A stretch of DNA of 64,000 nucleotides from the human T2T-CHM13v2.0 reference genome, Homo sapiens (GCF_009914755.1 NC_060929.1), one strand, 5' to 3'. Shown: positions 17,510 through 31,975, numbered from the stretch's first letter. Notes: generated from the letters alone by a model not told the origin. Numbers and translations: made by a program.

Positions 17510-18205
17510 TATTAATTTGTACTCCTTTCACACCAGCCTGGCTCCCCTCCCTACAAATAATTCACTAGCTAGCTGTCAAAATTCTATGTAAAACAGAACT
17601 CATATTATGTCACTCCTTCCCATAATTAAAACCTTCTGTTGGTTCCCCTTTACACTGCAGTAAAAGTTCAGGATTCTTCGCTGAGTTTTCAAACTCTCCA
17701 TGACCCAGCCCATGCCTACCAACTAGACTCTAAATTTCCATCACTCTTTTTTTCAACCATTATGCTTCTGCTAGACTGGCTTTCTTTGCTTTCATTAACT
17801 TAACCAAGCTTTGGGGAAACGTATGGCCTATTCACTAAACATAAACTTTCCTTTCCCAAAGAATGTTCTTTTCCTTTATGTTTTCAGGCCAAATCCTTTT
17901 TCTTTTTCATATTTCTGCTTAAATATTACCACTTGAGAGAGTTCTTTACAACAATCAAAATCAACCACCTAGTCACTTTCAGCCTATACCCTGTTTTAAT
18001 TTCCTACATGGTAGCTTTAACTATTTGATTTTATCTTCTGTTGTTATTTTTATTCACACTTCGTAATAGAAGCAGCAGGAGAGCAAGAAATACTGTTATT
18101 GATAATCACTCTTTTCTCTTTGTTTGGAATAGGGTCTACTGCATAGAAAACATTCAAAAATATTTGTAGAGTAAATGAGCAAGTGTCAAATACATGAATG
18201 AATTG
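17510..18205 (+). mobile_element. L2a 3' portion
   Basis: CATATTATGTCACTCCTTCCC...AAAACCTTCTGTTGGTTCCCC...CATTCAAAAATATTTGTAGAGTAAATGA...TGAATGAAT tail. Confidence 0.75.
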
Positions 18206-18321
18206 CATGGCACATAGTACTTAACAGGAAAGAGACAGAAAAGCGTTGATATGAAGAATTTCTAAAATCCTCATATGAAATGAGTAAAATTAAGGATAAA
18301 TGACACTGGAAAACCAAAATG
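18133..18321 (+). other. Candidate internal exon (189 nt), partly L2-derived
   Basis: Polypyrimidine tract CTCTTTTCTCTTTGTTTGGAATAG| upstream; strong donor ATG|GTAAGT at 18321/18322. Confidence 0.4.
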
Positions 18322-18987
18322 GTAAGTGAGGGTGGGTCCATGGGGAATTGTAAATAAGAGACTCATTTTAACTTCAGGTTATGAAGGTAGGTTATGATGC
18401 ATACTTTTTTTTGTTGTTGTCCTTACTTCTTTCATTGTTGATTTGAAGCAGTTTGCTAAACTCTGTAGGCTGAAAACTGAAAGAATGTACTTGTGAAAGA
18501 CTCTGACCAATATTTTGGAGCAGTGATTCTGACATTATCCTTCAGCTGATTAGGAAAGATTCTTTGAATAAGGAAATATTTTCATATATCAACAATGCTA
18601 ATTTAAGAGGCTGAATCAACAGGCCTGTGGGGAAATGAAAAAGAAACCTATTTTTTTCTTGTAATTTACTGTTCACACATTCTTTGTTATGTTTTAAAAT
18701 CCACTGCACATTTCTAATTATAGAGTAATCTTTTCTAGCTCTGAAAATTTCACCTACTATTGTCTATCTTATGTGAGGCTTTGATCTTCTCAAAATACTA
18801 AAATCAGTACGAGAAAAAATCAGTAAAATTATTACCTAATAAGTCATGAACTGTTATAGCAGTGAAACCAGCCTCTTTTTTTGATTCTTTAATTCCAACA
18901 TCTGTTTTGTATGTGATGGATTTATATGCATACTTGAAAACTGTTAAATTTGAATGTTTGTGAAGTTTTACAACTGACCTATGGTTA

Positions 18988-19513
<526 letters not shown>

Positions 19514-20128
19514 TCATAATTAGTGCTTAAAGATGTTTGTACCTGCAATGTGAGGAAGGCAGTAGTTTAGAATCTGAAATATGATTTACAAATCATTTTT
19601 GTTTATGATATGGAAACTACAATCAGCATAACAGTGGACCATAAATCTAAGACTAGGTATGGGAAATAGGTAGTTTGGCTGGATAGGAATAAATTTCAGT
19701 ACCCATAAAGGCTACAGAGATGGGAACTAGAGAAAAGCAAATCTCTGGTTTAGGTCAACATCAGAGGAGCTTAGGAAATGTGACTAATTGTCTTGAGGTT
19801 CAATAATATGCCTGGGCTTGATACAAATCAGAAAACCATGAGGAAGACCAATCATATTGGCCAAGTTGTTAGATACCAACTCCAAATCTCTATACTTATA
19901 AACTACTTTCAGTATAGACTGATATATGCTTTCTGAATATTAGTCTGGCAATAGGTATTAGAACTTCAAAAATAGATGTGCTTTTTGATGCAGTAATTCC
20001 ACATTTTGGAATGTGCTCTTTATTTCAGTCCAGTATTAGAATGCAGAACATAAGATTTAAGGTACCACTGTATATCTAAACAATAGATAAATATTGTTCT
20101 GTGACCATTATTATAGAATTAATAGAAA

Positions 20129-20196
20129 TCAAATTTATATGTATAGAAAGTTTATTAGATATTCAAATTTCTATGTACAGAAAGTTTATTACATAT
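20129..20196. repeat. 34-bp tandem duplication
   Basis: TCAAATTTATATGTATAGAAAGTTTATTAGATAT / TCAAATTTCTATGTACAGAAAGTTTATTACATAT, 3 mismatches. Confidence 0.9.
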
Positions 20197-21854
20197 TAAG
20201 CAATAATGCCAGTGAAAATCCAGATAAAATATAATAAAAGTCCTGTTTTCAAATTTGATTAATGGAAGAAAATAGTTTAATGGGATATTTTTAATAAGAA
20301 TGCACAATAAATAGATACTGTGTTTTAACTAAAAATTATTTCTTTTAGGACAAGGTTCATTGGTTTGTGTACTCCATTTTTTGAGTTTAAACTACACAAG
20401 AAATGCAAAGCCTGATTTCCAATTTCAATGTTAATACCTCAAAGTATAAATAAACATTTTAAAGACATCTATGAAGCCAATCAGGAACATAATCCTATAG
20501 ACTTATATAACCTTCTCCCATATTTTAATATTCCCTTACAAATACCTAATTTAGTAGCAATTTTATTGACTAAATTTATAAATGTATAACCAGTATTAAC
20601 AATTTTTTACATTGTCAAAGTATTCTATTTGTATACATAGATTATGAATTTGCTATTTATATAAAATACATAATGGCAAATAAAAAGTGTAACTTTTATA
20701 GCCAGGTTTGAGAACGAACACAACTAATTTTTGGTAAGCATTCAACTGAACTAACAGGAGAAAATAACATAGGTGTAACAGAAGGAAAGCTACTACTAGA
20801 CAGCTCATTAAGTATGTGTTGCAGAAGCCATACAGAACATCAGTTAATCTAAGCTTTGCTTAAATTTAAATAAATAGGAAGAGCTCACACTGAAACTGCT
20901 GTTTAATCCAAAATTAACATTAGCCTCCTCTGACTCTGAAGATGAGACAATATCATACAGTTGATGAAAAACCTTTCTATACTGCTTACCTTTATGTGAT
21001 CATGCTTAGAAAATGGAGATTACTGAATACTAGCAAGTAAGACATAATAGTAGACATCTATTATAAGTAAAAGTGGTTGTTTCTACTTTCTTATCATTGT
21101 AATAGTCATAGAGTTTACAAGTAGAATTAATATTTATTGTCCTTTTCATGTTTCCTAAGATGGGATAATCACAAACTTTAGTTTAAAAAATTTTCTGTAC
21201 AGATTTATTCATAAAAATGTGTTAAGGAAGAAGTAGGAGAAATAAAATGAAAGAAATGTGCATCAGTCTCTCTTCAACCACAAGAGCTTATTTAACCTTT
21301 TTGACCCTGTATGAAAAATGGATAACAAAAACTATATATAGCATGACTAGTAAGGTTAAACATTGTATTATATATAAGAGATGGTTCCAGTAATATGACT
21401 CACAAGACACTTGAAATGAGAAAAGCATTATTGATTTTTGAGAGTTCAGCTGTAAAATGTATGCATGGTAGAATGGAGAAGTAATGTCGAGTCACTTTAA
21501 AGAGATTAAATGTCTCTCAGGTCAGCAAAGTCTTACTGTAATATGATTTAATATCTTGAGAAAGTCAATGTCTTAATGAATCTAATGTATCAAGTAATGC
21601 TTCTCACATTTATGTAATGGATTAACCCCCTTAAAAACTCAAAATAACCAAAATAGGAAATAATACCCCAAAAACAATTAATGGGTATCCAGCATCATTA
21701 TAATTATATTGTCAAATATATTTAAATCTAGGTTTTCTATAAATCAATTATGACTATAGTTCGTATTTTGAAAAACCAGGTGAAAAACAAAACAAAATAA
21801 AACAAACATGTTAAAAGTTGGTTTTTAAAGGATATACAAACAATGCTATATTTG

Positions 21855-24215
21855 GTCCATCCAAGATGACACAGACTCATTTTTCCATGCTCCTCATTTC
21901 TAAGTACACCTATAATCCATAGAAATAATTCAAGAGATAACCAAAGGAGAATTCTGAAAAGTGAAGAGAGGACAGAAAATTGATGAGAGACTCAAATACT
22001 GGAGGGACAAAATCAAAGCAAGGCATCTTGAAATATTTTCTACTTTCTGAAGGTTAGTATGGCCAATGGAAGAAGGTGATGTAGTCCTACCATTCTCTGA
22101 CATGTAATCTAGCAACAGAATGTAGTCTAGGTAGCTCATTTCTGTGCTGTACAGACAGATGTCCTGACAATAATATCAGGTTAGCCTGGCAGAATTAGCA
22201 AGGAAGACTGATTGCGTGCTTTGCTGACAATAAGCAGCCAGTGAAGCATTCTCTTTTCCTGTCACATGTAAGACTCCTCTCTCTCATTCAGTGACACTGT
22301 ACATCCAAGGCATAAGCAAGAATGATCTCATCTCTGCAAAGGTCCAGATCATAAGAAGTTCTTTGTCTCCCACAGGCAAGGGTGTATCCTGCCAGTAAAA
22401 GCAACAGCTAAGAAAGCACTTCTCATTTTTGCTGGCTAAAGACTCTTACTCCTCTTAGATGCAATGGCTGGTCTGGTCTGGAGAAGCTTCTGCTCTCTCA
22501 ACCAGGATGGACATGCTCTCTCAACCAGGATGGACAGGGACCAGTAGTAGAACATAAATTACCCAGGTCAAACTAATACAATGGAGACTCTGAAATGTAA
22601 CAACACCCCACAGAAATAGGCCATGACCTGAGTGAAAAAACTTAGCAGGATGAATGACTGCTGAGATTTTAAAATAAATGAATAGATAGGACTAAAAACT
22701 CCAAACATCATAGCTAAAATGTTCAGGGTATCACTGAAAATCATCCATCATACCAAAACCCAGGAACACTAGAACTTGAATTAGAAAAGACAATCAATTG
22801 CTGCCAACATTGAGATTAATCAGAGGTTAGAATGATCAGAGAAGGCCATTAAAGCAACTACCATAAAAATTATTCACCAAGATGTTATAGATTCTATTGA
22901 AACAAGTGAAAAAACTAGAAACTTCTGGGAAAAAATACATTATTTTTATAAATTATAGAACTAAAAATTACAAAAACAAAAATTTTCAAAAACTGGAATA
23001 AGCGGAGTCTCAGGAATTCCAGGAACCTAGGGGATAATGACAAAGATACAATGTTTGTACTACTCAAGTCACAGAAGTAGAAGAGGAAACAAGTAAGTCA
23101 GGAAGAGTATTGGAAGGGATAATCACTGAAAATATCTCAAATTTGGCACAATACATAAAATCACAGTTTTAAGAAGCTGAATGGACCGCAAATGAGAAAA
23201 ATCCCCTGAAGTCTGCATTCACAAATACCATAATTAAACTTCTCAAAACTAAAAATCAAAGAAAAAATTGAAAACAACCAAAAAACCCAACATTTTATCT
23301 AGAGTTAAATACCAATTTAAATGGCTCATAGGACAGCAGATTTCTCTTTTGAAATTATGGAGATAAGTCAGCAGTGGTAGAGCATGTTTTAAGTGCTAAA
23401 AGTAAAGAACTACCAACCATATATTCTGTATCTGTTAAACTATCCTTCAAAAATGAAAGAGAAAAAAACAAATGAAATAAACCTAATCGAATTTGATGTA
23501 ACCAAACCTACCTTTAAAGAATGGGTAAGGAAGTTCTTCAAACAGAAAAAAAAAATGGTTTAAAGAAGGAAGTCTTACATTATCAGAAGGGATGACAAAC
23601 AATAGAATGAGAAAAAATGAGAGTGTACACAATAGACTATTATCTTCCTTATGCATTTTCTAAATCATATATAATGATTTAAATCTAAATTATAACATCA
23701 TCTGATACCCAAGGTAATTGTATTTAAAAGTTTGGAAGGTGAAAGGACATAAATGGAAGTCAGGTTTTCACGTTTCATTTGAAATGGCAAATCCTGATAC
23801 AAGTAGACTGTAATAAGCCCAATTCGTATGTTGTAATACCAGAGAATTACTAAAGGAACTCTACGAAGAGATTAACTCAAAAATTTTATAAGGAAATAAA
23901 AAAGGAATCTTAAAAAATGTTCAAGCAACCCACAGAAAAGCAAGAAAAGAGAAATGAGAAACAGAGAAAAACAGAAAGCAAATGATAAAATAATATACTT
24001 AATTCTTAATGTTGTGATGATTACCATAAGTATAAATGGTATAAATGCCACACAAAAAGAAAAAATTAGCAGAAAGGAGTTTTAAAAATTGGCTTTAGTA
24101 TATATGGTGTTTACAAGAAACTCACTTTAAATTCAATGACATACATAGGCTAAAAATAAATATTAATTTCTGAAATTAGCAAGAATAGCTATATTAATAT
24201 CAAACAAAGGTATAA
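21855..24215 (+). mobile_element. Ancient L1M (L1MC/MD/ME-type) 5' region: 5'UTR, ORF1 remnant, start of ORF2
   Basis: ORF1-like GATAATCACTGAAAATATCTCAAATTTGGC...CATAATTAAACTTCTCAAAACT; ORF2-start-like GTTTACAAGAAACTCACTTTAAA...ATAGGCTAAAAATAAA. Confidence 0.75.
22491..22536. repeat. Perfect 23-bp tandem duplication
   Basis: TGCTCTCTCAACCAGGATGGACA x2. Confidence 0.95.
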
Positions 24216-25239
24216 AGCTAATGAAGTTTATCAATTTGTTTAAAATAATGAGATAGTATTATTTAGTAAAACCAATTTGCTTTTGTTGAAGCATGCTTAT
24301 AATCAAGCGTGCTGTATAACTTAGGTATTCTAAAGCTTATATTCATTTTACAGATCACTGTTCCAAATGCCTATAGAATAGAGTAAGTTCATAAAGGAAT
24401 CCATAGGGTGACAACTGGAGAGCACTTATTCATACAAATGAAGTAACCAATACTCAGTTCCAACATGTTTCCAAAATGAGAATGAGGGATGAGAACGAGA
24501 ATGCTGTTACACAGTTCACACTTTCCAAAAATCTGTATTTTATTTGAAAATGTCTGATATCTAGATGTATACAACTAATTATTACTTTTTGCTATAGATT
24601 TATGTGACTTAAGCTAGAGGGAGGGCATATTTTTAAATCGTGGGCTACAGATTTCCCATTATGCTCTACTTGAACTACTGTCAGCCTTGAAGCTATTCAG
24701 CCTTCATTAGAAATAATGCTTCTATATGAAATAAGTGAACTGAATTTTCTTTTATGTTGTGTCCAAACTAAATATGTTATATACAATAAATGTAATGAGT
24801 TATGTATATATTAAAATTTGTATGGTAACAGTCTAGGTGAACAGAATGAAGTACGTATGTTTTTGTGATATGTGAGTCTCTGTTAAGGATGTTAGATTAG
24901 CAGAAAAATTAAAATGCAAATTTAAATAGAACCATAGAAAATGTGAATATTCTTGTAATATATTCTTGTATGGCTCTGGGATAAAATTTACTTTGAAATA
25001 TTTAAACAATTAAATAATGTGTCAATCAGAACATGTGTCATGGAATCCTAGTAAAAAACACAGAAAGGTTAAGTGTGATTTATTTTTAGAGTTAAGATGA
25101 TTCTTCATGTGAGTTCAATGAATTAATTTCTTTATGAGGTTATGTTTAACATTTAATTTATTTAAGTCTATCATTTTAATTTCATCCCAACAAGTCAGCA
25201 ATTGGTTGGAATTTTGATTTCTGTGTAGATTTTTCTAGA

Positions 25240-25277
25240 GAATATGAAGACATTACATAAGTAATGTCTTCATATTC
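25240..25277. repeat. Perfect inverted repeat, 17-bp arms, 4-nt loop
   Basis: GAATATGAAGACATTAC-ATAA-GTAATGTCTTCATATTC. Confidence 0.95.
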
Positions 25278-25685
25278 GAATGTGTGCTGTGCTTGTGATA
25301 GCACTTCTTATCGTTGTAGAACTGATGGCACAATTTCACTATAAAACTGTATGCTGATTTCAAGTGTCCCACCTGTTCCAGGAAAACATTGTGCCAGCTC
25401 CAACAATCAAAGCCGGTTTTTTATTTGGTCTTTTTAGTTCTCAAAGCCATTATAGTGTAGTTTAAAAGTAAAGATGTGAACTATATTCACTCATGGATTA
25501 TTCACCAAAAGTTTTAGCACAATGTTAGCTCAGTCACAAAAATCAATGTCTTTCAGATATACGTGAAAAATAGATAGACACAGATATGTTATTACTTAAG
25601 TTGTCAGTTAGCCTTCATTAAAATGTAAGGAAAAAATAAAACATTTTATTAAATAAAGAGAAGTTCAAAGAATTAACAAACTGCT

Positions 25686-26996
25686 GGAATTCTCTTTCTG
25701 TCTGTATTCCAAGGCCAGGTACTTTGATCTTTAAGCCATTTGATAGCATATACTGACTATGGTCAAAGTTAGTTTAAAATTCTGAATTCACAATTTATTT
25801 TCTGTGTTAACATGAATTTTACACTTATCCTCTTTAAAATGCAGCTATTTCATCTGTAAAATAGGTGTGAGGATGAATCATCCCTAAGGTTTTAGAGAGA
25901 AAGTAAAAGATAATGAGAAAATGAGAAAAAACACATGGCATATTTCTTTTATATTTTATATACTCAAATTTATATTTTACATTTCAGTTTTGTTTGATAT
26001 TACGTTTATAGTTTACATTTAATTAACATATATTTACATATATGTTTACATGGTTTATGAATAATAACTCACTTTGATTTTTAAATATTCTGACTACATA
26101 ATTTTTTTATTTTTATTTTAAATTCTCAGTATGTGCCACATCTTATTTTAGCTCACAGTTTTTTTTGCTTTAATAACAAAATTGACATTATAAAAGTATT
26201 GTTTATTTCTGTTTTATCTTGGCTATTCCTTGCATATTGCTTTGTAAATTTTATTTTTATTTGTATTTGTTCTATTTTTATAATTTTAAGAAGACATTTA
26301 AGTGCTTTCCTAAGCAAAACCTGGTAAAAATAAAAAAGTATTGAGTTTTTAAAATAAAATATATTAAGTAATTGGCCAGGCCCAAGCTTAAAATAAATAT
26401 TGAAAGTGACCAAAAAGTCTTTAAAATGTGCTTTACATCAACAAGATATAAAATGTTTTCTATACACATATCATAATAAAACCAATATAATTTGATCTTG
26501 TTATAAACCCCAAATATATTAAATTGTTAATGTTCTTGTGATTATGAAAATTTTTTATAAAAGCAAAAAATCTAAATGATTTTCTTAAAAATAAGGATAG
26601 TATGTGTATTAATAAAATGGAGTTTTAGTAAAACAACTTAAAATTATAAATCATTATTGTGGTCACAGAGGTATTGAAAATGATTTTTCTTTATATGTTA
26701 TTTTAATTATAAACGTATTTTGCTCTAAAACATAAAAAGTTTCCTTTTGAACATATATGTAGTGGTTTAGGAATACTGCTCATTCATGTATGCCTATGGA
26801 GTAAACACTGTCATCTTTATTTTAATATTTTCTGAAGTAGTATCTTATTTTGTTCTATAGTGCACCTATTAGATACTGCCAAAATTATTTTCAGAACAGA
26901 TGTTCCCACGGGAATTATATTACCTTATTAGGAGGAATTCTCTTTCTGTCTGTATCCATGGCCATTTACTTTGATCTCTAAGCCATTTGATAGCAT
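25686..26996 (+). repeat. Dispersed ~64-bp direct repeat pair (25686-25749 and 26934-26996)
   Basis: Both copies read GGAATTCTCTTTCTGTCTGTAT..CCA.GGCCA..TACTTTGATCT.TAAGCCATTTGATAGCAT. Confidence 0.9.
25750..25920 (+). mobile_element. MIR SINE remnant
   Basis: CAGCTATTTCATCTGTAAAATAGG...AGTAAAAGATAATG. Confidence 0.5.
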
Positions 26997-27775
26997 CTGT
27001 TTTTGATGCAGATGAAAAAAATCTCAAAGACTTGTGACATGAAAGAGTATTACAGCTTTAGAAAAGGAAACCATATGATCAGATAGATAGCAATAACAGA
27101 AATTTTTCAAATAGAAATTCAGATGTATTCAGTATATAGATTTAAAAAGTATACTTAACATGTCTTTGAAATTAGAAGGGTTGATAAAGATGCATTATTT
27201 TGGTAATTATAAGTATAATATATGTTTAGTGTTACAGTTTACAGATAAAATATATTTGATTTTGAGATTATATTGATTAACTTCAAACATTAAATTTTGC
27301 CCAAAACACACAGACATTAGTCCTTTCTTAATATAGCAAATAAGGGATAAGTTGAGCATGTTTTAATCAATATTATTTGTTAACAAAAATTCAGAATGGC
27401 ATCACATCATTTCACAAACTCAAGTGGTAAAGAAATGGCAAAGTCAGTTCAATATAATGTGTATATTCTTAATTATATGTCTTGAGTTTTTATTTCTTCC
27501 ACTAGGACAACTCACAAGTTATTGATTTACATATGAAGATATATTTCTAGTTAGCCTGTGATCCCTAATTTTAACTGCCTGTCACTCATAAAATCTTAGT
27601 CATTTTAATTTTATTTAGATACCAATGTGTACAGATCAAGAGGAACATAATCTAAAAACACTATGCAACAATGTGTTTGAATTATGTGAAGCCAAAATAT
27701 AGACACAGGATTATATATCTTCTCTCCCAAACTTCACAAAATCTTTTCTCCCAAAAAACCAAACTTCAGCTATGA

Positions 27776-28150
<375 letters not shown>

Positions 28151-28389
28151 TGAATACATCTACAGCATGGAGTTTACTAAGGAACAGCAAATTTCAATAT
28201 GGACCTCATACATACTATTTTGTTTCATGAAGAGATTAATTGGAATTAAGATGCCATTTTTAGTAAATAGTTAAATAAACTGAGAATTTAGGCTAGAGAA
28301 GAAAAGATTGGGAGTTTGGATGTGATTATATTATTTTCCAATACTTGAAACTTTGTAATCTAGGAGAGATTGCACGCTACACCGCTAAT

Positions 28390-28650
28390 GCGCAATTGTC
28401 ACGCTGGGTTCCACTGGAGGCAACTCTCCAACCAAGACTTTCTCAGAACTCTACTGCAGTGCGTGGCTCTTCCTATGTAATCCTCTTTCCTTTTGTCCTG
28501 GCACAGGTTTCAGACCTGCATTCTGGTCTGAAGCTCTCCTTGTTTATCCCCATTCCCTCTTGCTTTCATTGTTCGCAAGAATTTATCCCAATAAATCTCT
28601 TGCACATCTCACTACATTTTACGTCTGCTTACCAGAGAAACAAAACACAT
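28390..28650 (+). mobile_element. LTR16-family ERVL LTR fragment
   Basis: CACAGGTTTCAGACCTGCATT...CCCAATAAATCTCTTGCACATCT...GTCTGCTT. Confidence 0.65.
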
Positions 28651-29302
28651 GCAGAGAATAATTCAATAAATGACTATGGAGTGAAAGAATGAATGAATGA
28701 AACACTTTGGCTTTCACTTCAAATTGTTTAATGTATTTTAAATCACCTCTGCTTCCCCGTTTCTATTCTGATGAGAGCTACCATCATCTATCACCTGGGT
28801 TAATTTAATGACTCCTTAACTGGATTCTCTGCTTCTATGTTTGCCCCATCTTCCCCATCTTAATCTATTCATTAATAGCGGCAGAAAGTCCTTTAATATT
28901 AAACTTACAATATCTCCCCAATTTACCCCCAGCAAAAGTCAAGGTCAGTAAAAAGACTATAAAATCTTACATGATCTGCCTTCTTTCACCTCCAACTTAT
29001 TATATCCTGCTGCCTGCTGCATTTTTACTCCACTCCAGTTATCCTGGCCCATTTGTTCTTTCTGGAACATATCAGATAAGATACTACCTTAGGTGTCTTG
29101 CACTGCTATCTCTTCTTACTGGAACTCCCTTCCTCCAAATAGCCACATGGATGATGCATTTAACTTTTAAAAAAGTTTTTGTTAAAAAATCATCTTCTCA
29201 AATAGGTCAATACAAAGCAGCATAATAAAATTCTACCAGCTTACACATTCCTGATTCCCCTGACATTGCTCTAGATTTATCTTATTCCATTGTGTTTTAA
29301 AA

Positions 29303-29850
29303 TGTACCTGGGGTTTTGTTTTTATTCAGGTATGATAAGACCAAGATATCAGGAGACAACTGGCATGGAAAAGATAATCTGGTGCAGATCCCAAGAGAGG
29401 GAGGCACACTACATCACTCAGAGTGACAAGGAGAGGTACCAGGGTTAGCCGAGAGGCAATGAGAACAAGAAAAAGGCATGGGTTGGAGCCTTTATTGTCG
29501 TTTCAGGGGAAAGTCATGGCAAGCAGGTTTAAGATTGGCTGGTTTGAATAATTTCAGCAGACTCTGGGACATAGGGACTGTCTCTAGTAATGTGTTATCA
29601 GTGCCTGGGACAGTTATGGCAGAGGAATATTGTCTCCTGAAGTGTAAGAGCCAGATAGAGAAAGTGGTTCAAAATATGGGGTCTGAATCGGTTAGTTTGC
29701 ATATAAAAACCACTCACTACTGGGCAAGTTGTTTGCTATCTCTCAAAACTAGATAACCCTGGGAAGAAGAGTCAGTCCCTCTCCTGGTGTCTAAGGCCCC
29801 AAGACAGCAAAGCATAATAAAATACAGAAAATTGTAAAATGATTAATACA
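29303..29850 (-). mobile_element. MER74-like ERVL solo LTR
   Basis: Reverse strand begins TGTATTAATCATTTTAC...TTCTGTATT...GGGGCCTT...GGGACTG...CCCAGGGTT and ends GGTACA. Confidence 0.7.
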
Positions 29851-29927
29851 CATGACATTATGATTTTAAATTTTATATAAACTACTTATTTATTACCTTT
29901 ATTATTAATTGTTTCTCCCTATTAATA

Positions 29928-30513
29928 TGAAGCAGGAAAGATAGTCAAGGAAGTAGTCACGTCCTTAGGATGCGGCAACCTTGGTGACCTCACCATCAAC
30001 ACAATAAGCCCCAGCATTCGCATTGCAATCAAGTACATTCAAGCAAAGCTATCTTCAGTAGGGAATTTCTGCATAGAAAACATGTGCATTTTTATTTTAC
30101 CTGTCCTCTGACTGACCCTTTGCTCATTATACTAGTAAAAACCACATGCCTGGGTAGAGATTTAAGATGCAAATGAAGCATGTGATGTATGAACAAACAT
30201 GTGCAGCTACTGTGCATGTTCACCCAGAACATGCTTACTAATAACACCTCTTCCCACCCTCTTATGAATAATCATATAAGACTCCCATAAAGGGAATCTC
30301 TCTAGGGCCAGTCTTTGCAGTCTCATCCTCATGAGCAGTCCTCCCTGAATCCTCTCTCAGGGTTTACTGTCTATTCTGCGCCTAATTTTAAAAATATTCT
30401 TTCTCTTTTGCAATAATATGCTCTATGCTGTATCTCTTTTGCTGTATTATCTCCTGTTTAAATTATTTTAAATTAAGAAGACAAGAACCAGGGTTTCACA
30501 ACAGCCATCAACA
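29928..30513 (+). mobile_element. ERV1 (MER4-group) solo LTR, LTR29-like
   Basis: TGAAGCAGG...TAGTCAAGGAAG...CACAATAAGCCCCAGCATTCGCATTG...CCATCAACA, with 4-bp TSD AATA on both sides. Confidence 0.75.
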
Positions 30514-31975
30514 AATATAAACTGTATGAAATCAAGGAAATTTGTTTTGTGATATAGTCCAAATACCTGAAATAGTTTTAGCACATAATAATTGCTCAAT
30601 AAATACGTGTCAAACTGTCTTATTAATTTACAATTTAAAACTTCCTTGCTATTTCTACTGTTATAATATACATTATTTATTCCTCTACAGTGGATCACTT
30701 TATTTACTCAACTAGATAGACTGTCTCAAAGTAAAGCTCCAAATCCCATTATATTTGAATAGCTATTCCAGTAAATGTAATTATATGGAGTCTAGTTAAA
30801 TTGGGTGCAAAACAATTCATGAGCAAATTATAGTACTAAAAGTGTTCTTCCTGTTACTATAAATATATAATCATTATTCCACTTTTCTTTCAAGTTGATT
30901 GTCTCTCCTGAGGTTTGCGAGACAAATTTACATATTTGTCTTTTATGTTAATCTCTTGAGGTAAACTCTACAAAGGCTATTAGAATTGAAAAAAGTCCTC
31001 TGATTAATTGTTTCTGATGTTGAACAATTAGCAGAAACCAATCATTTGCATTTTAATAACATTGTAACCATATGTTAAGTGAATGCATTAATCTTGATTA
31101 GCTTGGTTCCAGATATTTGCATTTGGGAGTTACTGATGTGTACACTGATAGAGAGATTTTTCAAGTCACGTATAGCTGTAATATCTGTAGCAAAAAGTAA
31201 CTGAAAAGAATGATGCAAGCATAACTATTGTGCTGATCGAGTGTACAAAAGAAAAACAGAAAGTATTGCTGAAGAAAAAAAACTGGGGTAAAAATTAGCT
31301 AATTCAAACTAGAAAAGGCAGCAATTTCATCTTCTATATTACACAAAATGTAATATAAATCAATGTATAATTTACTTGGCCAATTACTAATGCCACAATA
31401 CTATTTTGGGCTCTTTTGACTTTAAAAAAATATGAAATGTACAATTGTAACCAAAATATTGCCCGTAAGACCTGTGAGAAAAAAGTAAAATCATTCAATG
31501 ATTATTATAATGAAGATTAAAGCAGTCATTTTATAGGTTCACATCTTACAAATTTCACTTCTTCTAAATGTTCCCTTTGTGCCTCCATTGCTGTAAAAAC
31601 AGTTTTTTTTCTTTCTGTAATTCTAGTAAAATGAGTTTCCACTGATCTTGAAGTTGTACTCACTTGCTAGAGATAGGCATATTTATAATTATGTGTATAA
31701 ATTCTCTTTTAAAGAACAAAAATTATCTCTCTCTTTTTAAACAACAACAACAAAATAAACTCAGGTAGCATCCTACTTAATAGTGCACATATTGAATAAT
31801 CTCTGAAGAGGAATAAAGGTAAGAATTCTCAGTCTCCTTACTTATGGTGAAAATGTTACTTGAAGACCTACCAATAATATTAAGAATAGATAGAAAAATG
31901 TAGTTTGCTTAAAGGTCATAATTAAAGAAGTAAAACACTCGATGTTTGCACATAATATCATATCATAAATAAACT

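Larger units (their letters stand above)
28730..30615 (+). mobile_element. L2a split by two LTR insertions (L2 pieces ~28730-29300, 29851-29927, 30514-30615)
   Basis: CTACCATCATCTATCACCTGG...CTCCTTAACTGG...; the L2 3' end GCACATAATAATTGCTCAATAAATA resumes after 30513. Confidence 0.75.

Noticed and set aside
25920-26750. Extremely AT-rich stretch with ORFs on both strands (possible NUMT or foreign DNA)
   Set aside because: No mitochondrial or other gene similarity is recognisable, and the ORFs are compositional.
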